Assembly: GCA_977020255.1 (NCBI GenBank)
Contig: CDROCS010000473.1
Span: 682,001-746,000, forward strand
Length of the DNA stretch: 64,000 nt
Direction: 5' to 3'
Origin: Obrimoposthia wandeli
Taxonomy: Eukaryota
Part shown: positions 1-18,943 of the stretch, piece by piece
Numbering within the stretch: position 1 is the first letter of the stretch
Layout: each line of letters starts with the position of its first letter
Program-made: the position numbers and the translations under genes
The notes under the pieces: model-generated
Told to the model about the DNA's origin: nothing
Seen by the model: the letters and a program-made list of their open reading frames with translations, nothing else
Databases searched by the model: none

Positions 1-825
1 GTATATAGTGTCGGTACTAACTCAAAAGTACAAAGCCCCCCTGGGGGGCTTGTTCCTTTTAGTATGCACCAACACTATTGTGCCTTAAAAGATCAGTATA
101 CTGTCATTTTTTAGACAGAATGTCGTTAAAATGTCTAAAATTTGTTTAAATTGGCTTAAAATGACTCAAATTTCTACCTTTTTACTGCAAAATCTATTTG
201 AGTTCGTATGTAGGATTTCGAGACTTGACCTACATTTGGTCTGAAAATCGCGCATACTAACTCAAGGCAATAGGTCCTCCCCGGGGAGGTACCTTTTACT
301 GCAAAACCATTTTAGGTGTTGTATGCGTGATTTCAAGACTTATTTTCAAATATGACGTTAAATATCTTGCCGTTTAAAACAAAAGTTGATTTTAAGTAGA
401 TTTTAAGTGGTCAAAGTCTCCCTTACGGTGCCTCCTAAGAGGGAAGCCCTTCGTCCGAATACCGGGCAACACCTTTGGCAAAGATTATATTTTATATTAC
501 TTTTGATTATAATAAACATTTAAAGAATAATAAAATCAATTAATTATTTATTCATATGATAAATAACATTAAAATAAAACCAATAAATCATTTATTCATG
601 TGATACTTTGATGTTAATGATATTGATATTCTTTAGGGTTTGTGCGAAGAGCACATAATATATCCAAAGTACCTAGAGTCATAATAATGCAATGATTTTA
701 AAACTAAAGCGTTTCGATTATATAAAAAGCTAACTTCAATATAATTGGTCAACTAATCAAAATAATTCTATATAATAAATAAAACGATTAAACACAAAAA
801 TTGTATTAATATATACAAGTGAATG

Positions 826-950
826 AGTGTGTGTACAAATGATGACATTAAATAACAACAACAATAACAAAATTATATATTTTATAGTGTGTGTGTGTGT
901 ACAAATGATGACATTAAATAACAACAACAATAACAAAACTATATATATTA
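826..950. repeat. Tandem duplication of about 66 bp
   Basis: gtgtgtgtacaaatgatgacattaaataacaacaacaataacaaaa occurs twice in tandem. Confidence 0.9.
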
Positions 951-962
951 TTTTAAAAATTA

Positions 963-3100
963 TTAAGTTAAATTAAAATGACCGTAAGCAAGTCTTTTAT
1001 TCTTACTAACCCATCTCCTTTTATCGTCAAAACATTTTAAAGCAACTTTAGAGGTAAATGTTGTATGAAGCTGATGGTTAACCGATGCTATATGTGACTG
1101 GTTAACACTAATAATTTCTTCATTTTCATAACAATTGAGGTAGTATTGATGTATTAAGTTTGTTTGTTTTAAAGAAATACCCTTAACCCTTAATTTATTT
1201 TGAAGTGAATAACATTTTGGTTTTAAGAAAACCCATTCATTATAATCAGTACCCTCACTTTCATCTTTAAATTTTCCAATTACAGCTTTAAAGTTTTCTG
1301 AATACAAGGAATGTGTTTTAGGATAATTACTCGTATCTAAATACCCATCCTTAATCATTTCTTTGAGTAATTTATCCTTATTAATATTCACACATTCAAG
1401 GAAAAAAGAATCTGTGTCTATAGCTACAATTCTAATACTACAATTAAAATTTGCCTATACCCTTCAAGCTCAACATATTGTAATTGATACATTCGTAATT
1501 TAGATATATCAAGTACAGCTTGACCGATATATGAAGGCCGATCTAAACATATTTCCTGTTTCTGCATAAAAACTAAATTTAAATCATAATTCATTTGAGT
1601 ATGACGTTTAAACCAAGGACTTGAAACTAATTTTTTAAACCGTTTATCATTATTACATAATCTAATATCAAGTCGCCTCTTAAGAATATCAACCGTTTTA
1701 TCGTAAACTGAATTAATTTTTAATTTGTAAAAATCATATTCAAACTTATTAACATTAGTTGCCCGCTTGTTTGAATTAAAATCTAGATGTTGTTTTAAAA
1801 AAGGTGCTTGTCTAAACTGAATAGCCTTATGAATCTTTAAGATTTCAGCACCAAGAAAAACATAGAATTGTAGTAAACGGAAATGTATTACATAATGTTC
1901 TTTATCATTATGGGTTAAAAGTAATTTGGGAGTTTTTGAGTTTGGTGGACACATCTTATGTGGTCCAATAGGTAAGTCATCAACTTTATCATGTATACGA
2001 TCCGGAATATATAAATCTACTTCAACAAGAAAACCCCATACGGTTTTACTTAAATCCTTTTTACTTCCAACTAAATTCAAAATATAATCAAAATTATCAT
2101 GCACCCATTTAAATCCCATATATGGTAAAGGTTGACTTAAAGCCCATCCGTATAAGTTATTCATATCTATATAGATAAGTTATGTATTATTATCGGACTT
2201 ACAATAATGTTTATTAACAAAAGTCATACCTCCTCTAATACCTGCTTCACAAAGATTAAACATTTCCGGATCATGTAGCAATTCTACTTTATGAGACCGG
2301 TAATACTAAAGAAATTAAGAGCCTCAAGATTATCATCCGATCTATCTTTCTGTCTAAAAGCCTCAAATACATCACAAAGTAAGTATATATCAAGACGCAT
2401 ATATTCCATCATATAGTCTTTAATATTAGTGCAAGCTAGTTTTGTCCACATTGTATGAGCTAAATTATATTTATCATCTGTAACACAATCAGGAAATTCA
2501 CATTTTGGAAGTAATTTATCTTAATACAACTTAGATTCACTGGAAATATATTCATAGGGAAAATCACCTTTACTAGATATCAAATCAGTACTAAAATGTC
2601 TTGATGTCTACGGTGAACTTGGAAGATAACTAACCAATCTTTCAAGAATAGTTGTTGTAAAAAGATATGAATCTAAAAATTTCAATGTTCCAGTTGAGAA
2701 TTCTATTTTGAGAGCCATAAATTTTTCCCTAAATTTGGGTATGATTGAAAAACTTTTCCCTTTAATTTTGCAAATTTTAAAATATGATGAATATCATAAC
2801 CCATTAAGTTGTGATAATGTACAGGTAATATAGGTCTATTACCGAACCTACGAGATAAATTACATTTATTACATGCTGCACCCAAGAATACACCTGAAAT
2901 ATGATCATGATCACGTACTAATTTTCTAGTGATTTTATAACAAAGGTAACATATGCGACTCTCTCGAAAAGCTACCGATTTTCATTTGTCATTACTAGTG
3001 GTGTATGCATATTATTTCTCCAAAAAGGTGCAACAATTTCATTAAGAATTTCCGTTAATTTATCAATAAAGTTGGTAGCACAATCTAAACCAAAATATGA
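963..3100 (-). pseudogene. Protein-primed family B DNA polymerase (Polinton type), disrupted
   Basis: ORFs 963-1391, 1424-2164 and 2703-2885 carry RDHDH, GAACNKCNL, HNLMGYD, NNLYGWALSQPLP, KLKINSVY, YIGQAVLDISK, GKFKDE, KPKCYS and FDDKR motifs in the expected order, with stops and frameshifts between them. Confidence 0.92.
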
Positions 3101-3571
3101 AAAGTATTCTATTGTGTCAGTAACATTATTTTTCAATAACATTCCATCTGCAATGGGAGTATGTTTAAGTGAATTAATAGTGAATAAAGTTGTAGTATCA
3201 GTATTAACAATTCTAAAAATACTGTATGATCATCTTAAATTACATAAAACAAACAAATAAAAAATAAATTCGACTTTTTAACGATTTATTTTATAAAAGT
3301 ATATATATAAAGATTATAAATTGTTAAAACATTTATAAATTACATGTTTTACAATCGTTTACAAAGTAGTTTTATAAAAATAATGATAAACCTTTTAAAA
3401 AATATTAATTCAAAATTTAAAAATTCTAAAAATACTGTATGATCATACTAAATTACATAAATAAAAGGAATAAAATTCAATATTTTCATCCAATAATAAA
3501 TGAGCATGTGTGCATAAAATTTAGTATATAAGCAAACACTTTTTTATTTCAATCCCCAACTATTTGAAATA

Positions 3572-4653
3572 ATGACTATGGTAAGAAACTTTATTTTTTA
3601 TTTCTTTATTAATATTTATTTTTTAGATTTCGTGTAACCTGTTTCCAGCCTATTGTGGTGCTTCGACTCCGCATGGAGATAATGTCCGCCTACTATCGGA
3701 CAAAGTCTCATGGGCGAGTATTCTTCGTCTGCCCCTTCTGCAGAACTATGGAAGAGAAGGTGTTTCGAGACTTCTTCGGTGAACATCGAGATCACCTATC
3801 GTGTTTCACGACCAACAACAAGAAGATGGCTATCGTGCAATTGGTGCGCGATTCGCAGGTCGCTCCAGCTCCTGCCTCTGTTCCAGTTGCAGTCTTTCAA
3901 CCCATTTACGGTCCTGTGATTGGTCCTTCTCTCTTGTTTCCTGATTCTGCAGCTGCCTCATATACTCAAATGAATAACAATGAGTGGTTGAATGACATCT
4001 TCCAAGAGGATTTTGAGGAGTTGGCACCAGCAACCTAATTCTCGAACAATTACTGGATGGAAAATATCACCCAGTCAGATTTCGAGATGGAGCAGGTTCA
4101 GTGGAGCGACAGCGGCTGGTTGGAGACCATCTAGGAATCCGATTTCATCTAGTTAACAGACGACAGCTGGATGAATTCCGTCAATGAAGAGGACTTTCAA
4201 CCAGCTACAGTGGGATTGCCATTATTAGATGTTTTTATTACTATTTTCTGACTATTTTTTAAAATGGTAATTATATATATATATATTCCCCCCCCAGGAA
4301 ATACCTTGATACAGTCGTCATCCGCTACGACATCTATGCCTCCCATCGCGAGTGCATACGTCGATGTTTGCACGCCTTAGAGGTAATAATTTTTAAAAAT
4401 ATATTTATGTTTTAATATATTTATTTCAGCAGATTCATCATCCGCGTCCACAACAGTATTTTCAATGATATTAGCTAGTGATGATCGAGTGGCTCCTGCT
4501 TCTACAAGCGCTATCGCCTCAGCATCTGAAGCACCACCATTAGTTGCCTCAGCAGCACTTACTACAGCATCACCTTCCACATCAGCTGCGAGGTTTGTCA
4601 GGGGGAGGTTTGTCAGCAACTGTAAGAAGAATGAGACGAGACCAATTTTTTAA
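3572..4653 (+). pseudogene. Spliced zinc-finger gene with acidic Trp repeats and Ser/Ala/Thr tail, upstream of pPolB (decayed)
   Basis: ATGACTATG then GTAAGA...TTTTAG intron (3581-3626). C-x2-C-x14-H-x2-H motif (CPFC...HRDH). Four W-x-x-x-[IV]-x-x-x-DF repeats at 3985-4200 read through in-frame stops. Further GT-AG AT-rich segments near 4268-4298 and 4383-4428. Homologous to 35332-35798. Confidence 0.6.
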
Positions 4654-4699
4654 TAAGGTCCCACCAAAAAACTTAGGGAAAACAGTGCTACTATAGAGT

Positions 4700-6483
4700 A
4701 TCACTTAAATAATAAATATGTTATAGTTAAGGTGCCATTAGGAAATTAAATTTTATTAAACGTAGGTGTAGATTAAAATATTGAAAGTCTTTTAAAATCA
4801 GAAGTTACTAAATTAGGACAGGCTACGGTTCAATTTTTCATAACAGTGCAGTTTAAAAATTTCAATGAGGAAACTAAAACTTGGGTAATTTCACATAAAG
4901 CAACTGTTTTCTATGATAATTTTGTAACTGAAATTGGAAGAAACCTAGATGAAAAAATTGTTAATTATAGCGAGTTAAGTAGTGGATGGACTCTAGTTAG
5001 AATTCACGATGTTAGCTTTGTTCTAACAAAGTTCACTGACATGATATATCTTTCGTGGAGTTCATACATTCCTTCACCTAAATCTCTTCAACTTTCACGT
5101 TCCATTGTTAACGTACAAAACAGTGGCAACCTTTGCTTTCTGTATAGCGTGTTGGCAATCCGTAAAGGGGATGTAAATTCTTAGCACAGAGAACGTGTCA
5201 GTAAATATATCCCTTTTATAAATGAATTGCAGTATCATTGAATAGATTTTTCTGTTAAATTAACTGCGATATCAAAATTTGAACACCTTAATAACTTGAG
5301 TATTAATGTATTCAAATATAATACTAATATCCCAGTTAATGTAACATATGAAGAAATTTTTAAAATCCTTTTGTAGATGTAATTTAAAGGAGCAAAAATG
5401 AGGGGACTCTGGTCAACTTAATTTTGCTCGAACATAATAAAAAACTCCACTATGCTGCAATTCCTAATTTAGATAAGCTTCGGCAGGACTATTATTCTTA
5501 GGCCCCAATATTACACAGTATCATAATTTTCCTATCCAAATTGTATTTTAGATTTTATGTTAAAATTAGAAGAATTAGGAACTACAATTGTCAAACCGTG
5601 GTATGATCTTAATGCTCATCAAGCAATGATCATGACAGGCATAGACTGGGTTAATTTTAATTCTTGTAGGATTATGTTATTTGTGTGGTATCCAGTCTAA
5701 GTTAGTAGGAGATCACGATCATGTTACGGGCGATACTTGTGAGCGGCGTGCAACCTCTGTAATCTTGGCCATCGTCTCCCTAAAAAAACACGCATTCCCA
5801 TCGTGTTTCATAATCTCAAAGGATATGATTTGCATCATATACTTAAATACGTGTTGGGTACATTAAGCTCCTGGGAAATTTCATGTATACCTCAAACTTC
5901 AGATAAATACTTATCTTTAACTGCATATACTGAATTATGCAGTTTAATATTTATAGATTCACTGCAGTTTTTGAGCGGGTCTTTAAAAAATTTAACGGCA
6001 TCTTTAAATGCATGGCCAATTACACAGAAGGCGTTCCCAGCTTCGGTTAATGATAAGGAGATTTTTCCGTATAAATTTGCAAAAACCTTTGCGGATTTAG
6101 AAAATTCTACAGAAATCCCACCCATAACTGAATTTGATGGTGTAAATCTTCAAGACTATAATGAGGCTCGTACATTTTGAGAGAATAATTGTCGAAATCT
6201 TCTTGAATATATGCTTTATTAAATGAAGTTAGACATTTATCTTTTAGCTGAAGTTTTTGAGTCCTTTCGTGTAAAATCTTTAGCAGATGATGAGCTAGAT
6301 ACCATGCATTTCTTTAGTTTACCTGGTCTTTCATGGGCAACAGCAATAAAAACTCTAAAAATCAATATCGAGTTACTGCAAGATCCCGCGATGTATCAAA
6401 TGTATGATTATGGTATACGCGGTAAAATGACTTTTGTCAACAAACATCATGTTGTCAAAAATCAATCCACGGAGATTCTGTAA
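4700..6483 (+). pseudogene. pPolB N-terminal two-thirds (family A), disrupted and truncated
   Basis: SSGW, SSYIPSP, VNVQNSGNLCFLYSVLA, DHDH, HNLKGYD, FIDSLQFL, FPYKF, DIYLLAEVFESFR, GIRGKMTFVNKH; close homolog of 25009-27410. Confidence 0.9.
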
Positions 6484-7140
6484 CATACATACTTTGTGAT
6501 CCAGACACCGTATCAACATCCACTGTTGACAATGACAATTTTATAAACCACCTGCTAAATTGAGAAAAAAAGTTACATATCATTCTATAATTACAGCAGT
6601 CAAGCTATCAAAAAAAGCAAAGCTCTTCTTCAACAAACAAACAAAGTTTGCCAACAGATGGTTACTTATGGTATCAACCTACTGACGCCTATATAAGCTG
6701 GAGTTCTTAAGGCAATCCATTGAGAAGGAGAGAAAGTGACAGCTACCATGAAACATGCACTGCTAGAAGAGGAATGAGCCTTACATTTCGATTTTAAGAA
6801 GAATGGAAATATAGATATTCAAGTTGTGATTTAGAAAAATAAAAATAGTGAATTCAAGCTAGATATCCTTGGATTGAAAGACGGCAGTAATTATTTTGGA
6901 GGGTTTGAGATACGTACCAACACATCGTGCTTGATTTGCTTTTGAAGCATATAATGGATGGAATATTGGGAGGCAAAATAACAGCATATAATATCAGCTA
7001 CGCTTTTATAAATCAGTTAGTAGAAAATTATGTTATTCTAAAATCAAAGTTTGAGCAGAGCAGCGTCAAGATCAAGATTGCAAATATAAAATGGAGAGAT
7101 GCTTGAGAGGAACTTGTACATTATTACCAGTATTACAAGA
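6484..7140 (+). mobile_element. Degenerate DNA-transposase-like fragment replacing the Polinton centre
   Basis: Interrupted reading (AGVLKAI...EGEKV...EEE.ALHFDFKKNG..DIQVV) resembles LHxDGK-type invertebrate transposases; no intact ORF or TIR seen. Confidence 0.3.
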
Positions 7141-7141
7141 A

Positions 7142-7438
7142 TCATGAATACTTTCCTTTTGTGAATTTCGAATTAAAAATATAATTAACAGTTGTTACAT
7201 CTGCATTTACTGCTAAATTATTACCATCCCGATTTAATACTTTTATTTGAACATAAAGCAAAGTATCATTCAAATTTAAATACTCGCTATTGGAACCATT
7301 AATATTAAATTCTAAATCGGTTAAAGTGGTTCCTGAAACTGAGTTAACTAGAAATATTTCTTCAAAGGAAGCATTATCTACATCTACTTGGGTAAGTGGT
7401 TTATCAAAAATACACAATTCAGTTTTGGCACAACTCAT
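7142..7438 (-). pseudogene. Major capsid protein N-terminal fragment
   Basis: MSCAKTELCIFDKPLTQV...DLEFNINGSNSEYLNLNDTLLYVQIKV, near-identical to 23132-23701. Confidence 0.88.
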
Positions 7439-7439
7439 T

Positions 7440-7795
7440 TTGCAAATATTGTTCCTTCAACTTTCTTACGTTTGTTTATATTATATTTTTGCTTCTTTTT
7501 AACGTTTAAATCAACTACCTTCTTGGCTTTTATTTGATTTATCTTTTCTAATCAAATTAGCAACGTCAGGTAATACATTATCAATTTCATTAAGTGCATG
7601 CTTCTTAAATGTTAATATTAGTTTATTGTCATTAGATGAAAGGTAGTCCTTTCCTAATTTTGATACAAATCGCCCGAGTTTCTTTAAAAGAGGAACGGCA
7701 AATCTACCTAATGTTCTAAGTCAGCCAGATCCATATTGTTTACCAACAAAATATGGTAATTCTCCACCTTGTTGGCTGTGATTATAAGCTTCAAT
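7440..7795 (-). pseudogene. Basic core-like protein (QQGGELPYFVGKQYGSG type)
   Basis: Reverse complement matches 22759-23130; Lys/Arg-rich with GG/GxG protease-type motifs. Confidence 0.7.
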
Positions 7796-8637
7796 TATTG
7801 CCAGATTCGACATTTTGTTTTCTTAAATGTATTGTTAAACTTGTCTTGGCTCCGTACGTGAAATCTATCAGTTGTCCATAATCATCTATAATATTTACTT
7901 CAATATTGTTAGAAGAAAAGAGAGCAACTGGAAGATACATTGGTTGATTTATACGCATACCAACGTCCCCATCTTTAGTTTCATTTTGAGATATCCATAT
8001 TGTTCTCAAAAGTGGAACTCGTTGTCTTCCTACAAGCGTTGTTTCTATTAAATTAGTATAAATATATAAATGATTACCAACATTTAAAAGTGTTGCCTTA
8101 TTTTTGCTTTAATGGTTTTTATTGTATGGGTTTCAAAGGTATTTCTGTTTAAACCGAAGTTTTTAGCGAGTTTATCATCAAATGAAACCCGTTTTATATT
8201 TATCTTTACTGTAAACGTTAATTTAGCATTGTTTAATGTTACACATTTATCCAAATATTCACTACATTCCTTCTGTATTAATTCACATAAATTCACTTCA
8301 CTATCTATTTATAATCTTTTGAAATCTTTTTCAGTTTCACTAGTCTTTGGTCTCATTTCAAATAACAACACTTTTGCTACTCTACTAGGAACATTTATAA
8401 CCGATTAAAATGAGACTATATCCCGTCTATTACGGGCTACTGTTTGTTCACTATCAAAACCGAATTGAAGAGCTTTTTTTCAGATTCAAATGTAATTTTA
8501 ATAACTTGAAGATATTTAAATCGATTTTTAAATCTGACTTTGTTATTTTCCCAATCGATAATAAAGCTACTAGCGTAATTATCTGGTTGAGTCTTCGGGC
8601 ATCCGTTACTAGGTAAAACCATATACATAGACTTCAT
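7790..8637 (-). pseudogene. Minor capsid (penton-like) protein, fragmented
   Basis: MKSMYMVLPSNGCPKTQPDNYASSF N-terminus and MYLPV...NIEVNIIDDYGQLIDF C-terminus; homolog of 21733-22781. Confidence 0.75.
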
Positions 8638-8639
8638 AT

Positions 8640-9748
8640 TATATTAGATGCTAATATCCAAGTTGAGTCTGAATAACCATGTCATTTAACAAAGTATTGT
8701 TTATGTTTACCTGTACCCTTAGATTTTAATATTTTTTGAATATGGAAAACGCTAGGTTTATTTGATATTACTTGTAGTTCTTGCTCGTAAAATTTACCGC
8801 GAACGATATTATTGTCAGCATCTTTAATAGTATACATTATTGGATTACTCTTTTGATCAATTTTACTTATACAAAATATTTCATCGCTCCAATTCTGATC
8901 AAAGTTTTTAATAAATAGAGTAGAGCTAATTTTCGAAATTCGAACATATTCGTTTTTCTTATATTTAGCTTTTTAAATATTTTCTTTTTATTTCCTTCTT
9001 TTGTGAAATAATTTTTTATTCGATCTCTTAAAGTACGATTAAATCTTTCTACTACTGCTGCTTTCTACTGTGAAAACACTACAAAGTGATTTATAATATT
9101 TTGTTTAAATTATGATTGAACTTGCTTATTATAAAATTATTTTCCTAAATCAGTTTGCACATTTTGTGGAATGCCTTCTTTTAATATTTCTTTAATGGCT
9201 TCAAGCATAGCTATTGAAGACTTTGCTTTAACTGGAATTGCACGAGCAAACCTGCTCAATACATCAATACATGTTAAATATATCGATATCCCTTATTAAT
9301 GAAAGAATATGGGATCATCTCAATCAAATTCATTGCCATAAATTATTAGGACCGCTGGTTTTGTAAGCTCTAGTTGGAAACCTTCTTCTCATCGGCTTGT
9401 TCAGACTGTAGGCTAACTGATCGCTCAACCATTTCTGCGTTTTCTTGTAATTTTGTTTTGTTCTTTTTGCTAATTTTGAAACTCCAGTGTAGCCAATTGC
9501 CATAAATTATTAGGACCGCTGGTTTTGTAAGCTCTAGTTGGAAACATTCTTCTCATCGGCTTGTTCAGACTGTAGGCTAACTGATCGCTCAACCATTCCT
9601 GCGTTTTGTTGTAATTTTGTTTTGTTCTTTTTGCTAATTTTGAAACTCCGGTGTATCCAATTGGATCTTTTGGATTGAACCATATCTTCTCCATTACAAC
9701 AATTTGAATAGAAAGAAAATTTAAATTTAGGTAAAGAAGGGTTAGCAC
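8640..9748 (-). pseudogene. Polinton retroviral-type integrase with C-terminal chromo-like region, disrupted
   Basis: WFNPKDPIGYTG, PNNLWQ.DL, TCIDVLSRFARA, AAVVERFNRTLRDR, YEQEL; internal 164-bp tandem duplication. Confidence 0.85.
9333..9655. repeat. 164-bp tandem duplication inside the integrase
   Basis: ttgccataaattattaggaccgctgg... starts at both 9333 and 9497. Confidence 0.9.
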
Positions 9749-9780
9749 CCATATCTTTAGCTGATTTTATAAATAATTGT

Positions 9781-10014
9781 TTATGAACGTGTCGCATCTA
9801 TAATACTACTGATAATTGAAGCAACAACTGGAAAAACAGTCCCTATGAAACCACCATTCTGTTTAAGAATAATATTTCGTTTCCTTTTTTTTATTTTTAC
9901 ATTAGCAATATCTAGAAGAGTTTTTCTATATTTCTTTAATATATTTTTCCGATTTCCAACTTTTACTCGACCCAAAACTATATTATACAAGGGTATGCTT
10001 TGTATTTTCTTCAT
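9781..10014 (-). CDS. Small basic pX-like virion protein
   Basis: Basic N-region followed by KQNGGFIGTVFPVVASII, resembling the adenoviral pX pattern (GG then hydrophobic tail); syntenic with INT. Confidence 0.65.
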   Translation of the reverse strand: MKKIQSIPLYNIVLGRVKVGNRKNILKKYRKTLLDIANVKIKKRKRNIILKQNGGFIGTVFPVVASIISSIIDATRS

Positions 10015-11317
10015 TTTAAAAAAAGTTCAATAAACTAATTTATTCTTTTTTAGATTTAACATATATCCACATATATCCAGAATTTGATATAATGCTCATA
10101 TAAATACAATTTTGTGATGCCATCAGTTTCAGAAATACAATTTCTTGCATTTATTCATTTGTTTTTTTAAAGAAAAATATTCTTTCACATGAAAATATCC
10201 CTTTATTCCATTATCTGGAACTCTATAAACATTTTCTTAATGAAATCTAACCTTGGTCGTTTAAGAACTTAATTAAAATTTGAAGCCCTCCATTTTTACA
10301 GCATTAAGAAACTACTTTTTAAACATCACTACTCTATTTTCACTAACTAGAACATTCATTATTTTTGATGTTTCCAGTAAATTAATTATTTATTTTTGCT
10401 TCATATACTTTATACATTTGTATTTACGTTCACACATTCTTAAAATTTTTCTTAATTATTTGGTGCATTAAGAAATTTTCTGGTTTAGTGTTTTTAATTA
10501 ATTTTGATATCAAATTTGGTTATTTTTTTTCCTGATGTATCTTCATAATTTTCAAAATTTCTTTGTATTTTAGAGATTTATTTTGAAACTTTATTTATTC
10601 TTTTAATAAAAGTTTATTATTAATAGAATCATTATTAAAATAACGTTATAAATTGTTACTTAGATTTCATAATCAATATCATTATAAAGAATTTTAATTC
10701 CCAAATATATTAATTTCAGCAAATAATGAATATAAACATAAATTAAGCGTAAGAGTTTTAGAAGATAAGTAAAATTTTATTCTTTTTCAAATATCTTTAA
10801 TTTCAAACGACCAGGATATCATTTTGAAACGTTTAATATAAAAATATAATTATGGAGATCTGATACAAACTGTAGAAATGACCAGTTAAACAGGAATATC
10901 TTAAAGTATAATGACTTAATAATATTTTTGGAATAGTGGTTTTCACAGCATATCTAGAGAGGCAGTTTAAAATATCATATATTGAAAAAATAAATTTTAA
11001 ATTCTTTTCTTGAAAATTTCACTAGTTTATTAAATAAAAAAATATTAAATATTTTTATGAGAAACACATAATTTCTGATTTTATCAATAAAATATCGGTG
11101 ATGTGTTCATATTTAGTTTTTGTATTATTTTCGTTTGAAACCAGAACTTAAACTTATATTTTACTAATAATTTTTCAGTTTTAAAATCATAATTCTGACG
11201 AAACAAAAAATATTAAATTATAAATTGACTCTGATAAATATTAAAATGGTTTCTTTTAAAATTAAGCCATATTTATTGAATAAGGACTAGAGTAGAAAAC
11301 AAATTAATGTGGGTAAA

Positions 11318-11718
11318 AAATTACGATTGTCTTTGGTTTTTATCCACAGTAGTATTTACCTAGGAAAACATAAATTGATATAATTCATTCTAAATATTGG
11401 AACTTTAATTCAGTATTAATTCATATTCGTAAATTATTTTGTAAAAATGAATATCTTTTTGCACATAAAATATTTATCAATAGTAGTACTAATATGGAGA
11501 TTACATTGGAGGTGGGTATAAATTACGATTGTGTTTCGTTTTTATCCACGGAAGTATTTACGTATAAAACATAAATTGATATAATTCATTCTAAATATTG
11601 GAACTTTAATTCAGTATTAATTCATATTTGTCAATTATTTTGTAAAAATGAATATGTTTTGGCCACATAAAATATTCATCAATAGTAGTACTAATTATGG
11701 AGATGACATTGGAGGTGT
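11318..11718. repeat. Tandem duplication of about 200 bp upstream of the helicase gene
   Basis: aaattacgattgt...atggagat.acattggaggtg occurs at about 11318 and about 11520. Confidence 0.85.
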
Positions 11719-11957
11719 AACAATAATTACTTTGTTTAAATATTCAATTTTTTAAAGTTTTATTTTTGAATTTCACGCTATGACGAATGAAACCAAATCC
11801 AATATGTTGATGAAAAATATAGGAAATACAGAATTACAACCGAAAATTAAAGTAAATAATATTTTCTCAGTGTTTTTATTGTTAATAGAAAAAATATCAA
11901 AAAATCATTCGCGATACGAAACAAAAGGATAATGCTATTAGTACTTTTTCAAAAGTT

Positions 11958-17413
<5,456 letters not shown>

Positions 17414-18541
17414 AGTTTTGATAGATGCAAAAATATATTACTTTTATCTTCCCTTCAACAATTTGTTCACTTTATTTAACTTTTGTATGTGAATGACAGT
17501 TTTGTTAAGACACAAGAACTGCAATTATGAACCTACATTTTTAATCTAAACTTTATATTCTTGGGATGATAGATGATTAGATAAATACCATGAATATCTA
17601 CAAGTTCAATAGTATAAAACGTATTTTGAGATAATATTTTTAAAAATCTGTAAGCAATAGAAATGATAATCTGGCGTCAGGTCAAAATTTAATTGTAAAT
17701 GTACTCCCTCTAAACAAATTAATGTTGATAAATAGGCTATGTTCGGATGAATGTTCTCTGGGTAAGTATGGGATAGAGGTCATGGAAGTTTTTAATGCAA
17801 TACAGCATATATTGTAGAACAATAAATGAATAATTTGAAAAAAGATTATGAAAGAGTTACAAATGTTTAAGGGTTAAACTTGCATCAAATACCATTATTC
17901 GTTACTAAAATTTTTGAAATGATAGAATACTTCAACAATACAAACGTAGATCAAACATTTTGCCTTAAGCAGCTTACATAATTTTTTTCTATCATAGTTC
18001 TAATGTTAAAAGTTATCCTTTATTCATCCACCAGATAAAGTTGAGGCTGTATTTAATATCTGAGGTAAATATCCAAGAATCGCCAGTATTTATCAAAACC
18101 ATTGAAAACTCAGAAGTTCAAGATATAATTATAATTTAGCAAATCTAAATAATGTTGCAATAAATAGGCATCGGCTACTGATAAAGCCATAATTCTTCTT
18201 ATTATTCAAAAATCATATACATAAAAAACTAACTTAATTTGAAGGATGTGTTGCTCTTAATCAAAATTCGATTACCTGTACAAAAATAATCATACAGTAA
18301 CAATTAATAGATCTCATAGACATTTCATATACTGGTTACAAATTAACGAGTATGTCAATTACATAGAAAAAGAAGGTAAAACTTGTATTTATAATCAACT
18401 TTTTGCTTTTTAAATGACCAAGATATTGGTACCTAACCAAAAACAAAAGGTTTGGGGTATTTTATGTGAGTGCATCCACTGACAGATTAAAAATATCGTT
18501 CAATCCGCCTTTCAAGGAACCCTTGGATAGGCTCCGATAAC

Positions 18542-18660
18542 AGTAGGTGGATGTGTCCGGTCTAATCCACATCCCCCTCCCACCCTCTGTCCTTTAAAAC
18601 TGTGCATGTGTGTGGAGTGAAATTTCGTGCATGTGTGTCGAGTGAAATTTCATGTATGTC
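18542..18660 (+). repeat. Polinton left terminus with fold-back and 25-bp subterminal repeats
   Basis: agtaggtggatgtgt is shared with 44371 and imperfectly with the reverse complement ending at 37996. ggatgtg...cacatcc hairpin. tgcatgtgtgt.gagtgaaatttc repeats recur at about 57722. Confidence 0.65.
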
Positions 18661-18943
18661 TCCATTCCACCCAAAGGGGGAAGGAAGGAGGTACCACCAC
18701 CACAATTTTTAAAAAATTTACTGCGAATCTCAAAAGTGGTTAGAGAAGACCACGGGAATCCATATTGGCCTCGGCGGCTTATCGCAGACGAGATTTTAAA
18801 TAATATATTACTACTATTTTTAAGAAAGATTTTAGATTACTACATGTTAAATATTTAGGTCAGATTTATAAGAGAAAATTAGATCTATATAATTTAGAGG
18901 AGAAAAACAAAATACGAGTCAAAATTATTTTTCAAAATATTTA

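Larger units (their letters stand above)
1..3250 (-). mobile_element. Maverick/Polinton remnant 0 (pPolB plus probable subterminal region, running off the window start)
   Basis: Fragmented protein-primed PolB on the minus strand, followed by a non-coding region with GC-rich palindromes at 33-51 and 276-289. Confidence 0.75.
3500..10050. mobile_element. Polinton family A copy 1 (inverted relative to the 18542-27410 copy, centrally deleted)
   Basis: pPolB (+) converges on MCP, core, penton, INT and pX (-). Proteins are near-identical to those at 21151-27410. The middle (pPolB C-terminus, protease, most of MCP) is replaced by unrelated sequence at 6484-7140. Confidence 0.88.

Noticed and set aside
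3961-4200. Possible TAA/TAG-to-Gln genetic code, since the in-frame stops fall at likely Gln positions
   Set aside because: The host helicase ends in TAG and many element genes end in TAA at homologous termini; C-to-T decay of CAA/CAG explains it.
9333-9655. Integrase tandem duplication as a functional domain duplication
   Set aside because: 164 bp is not a multiple of three and breaks the frame, so it is decay.
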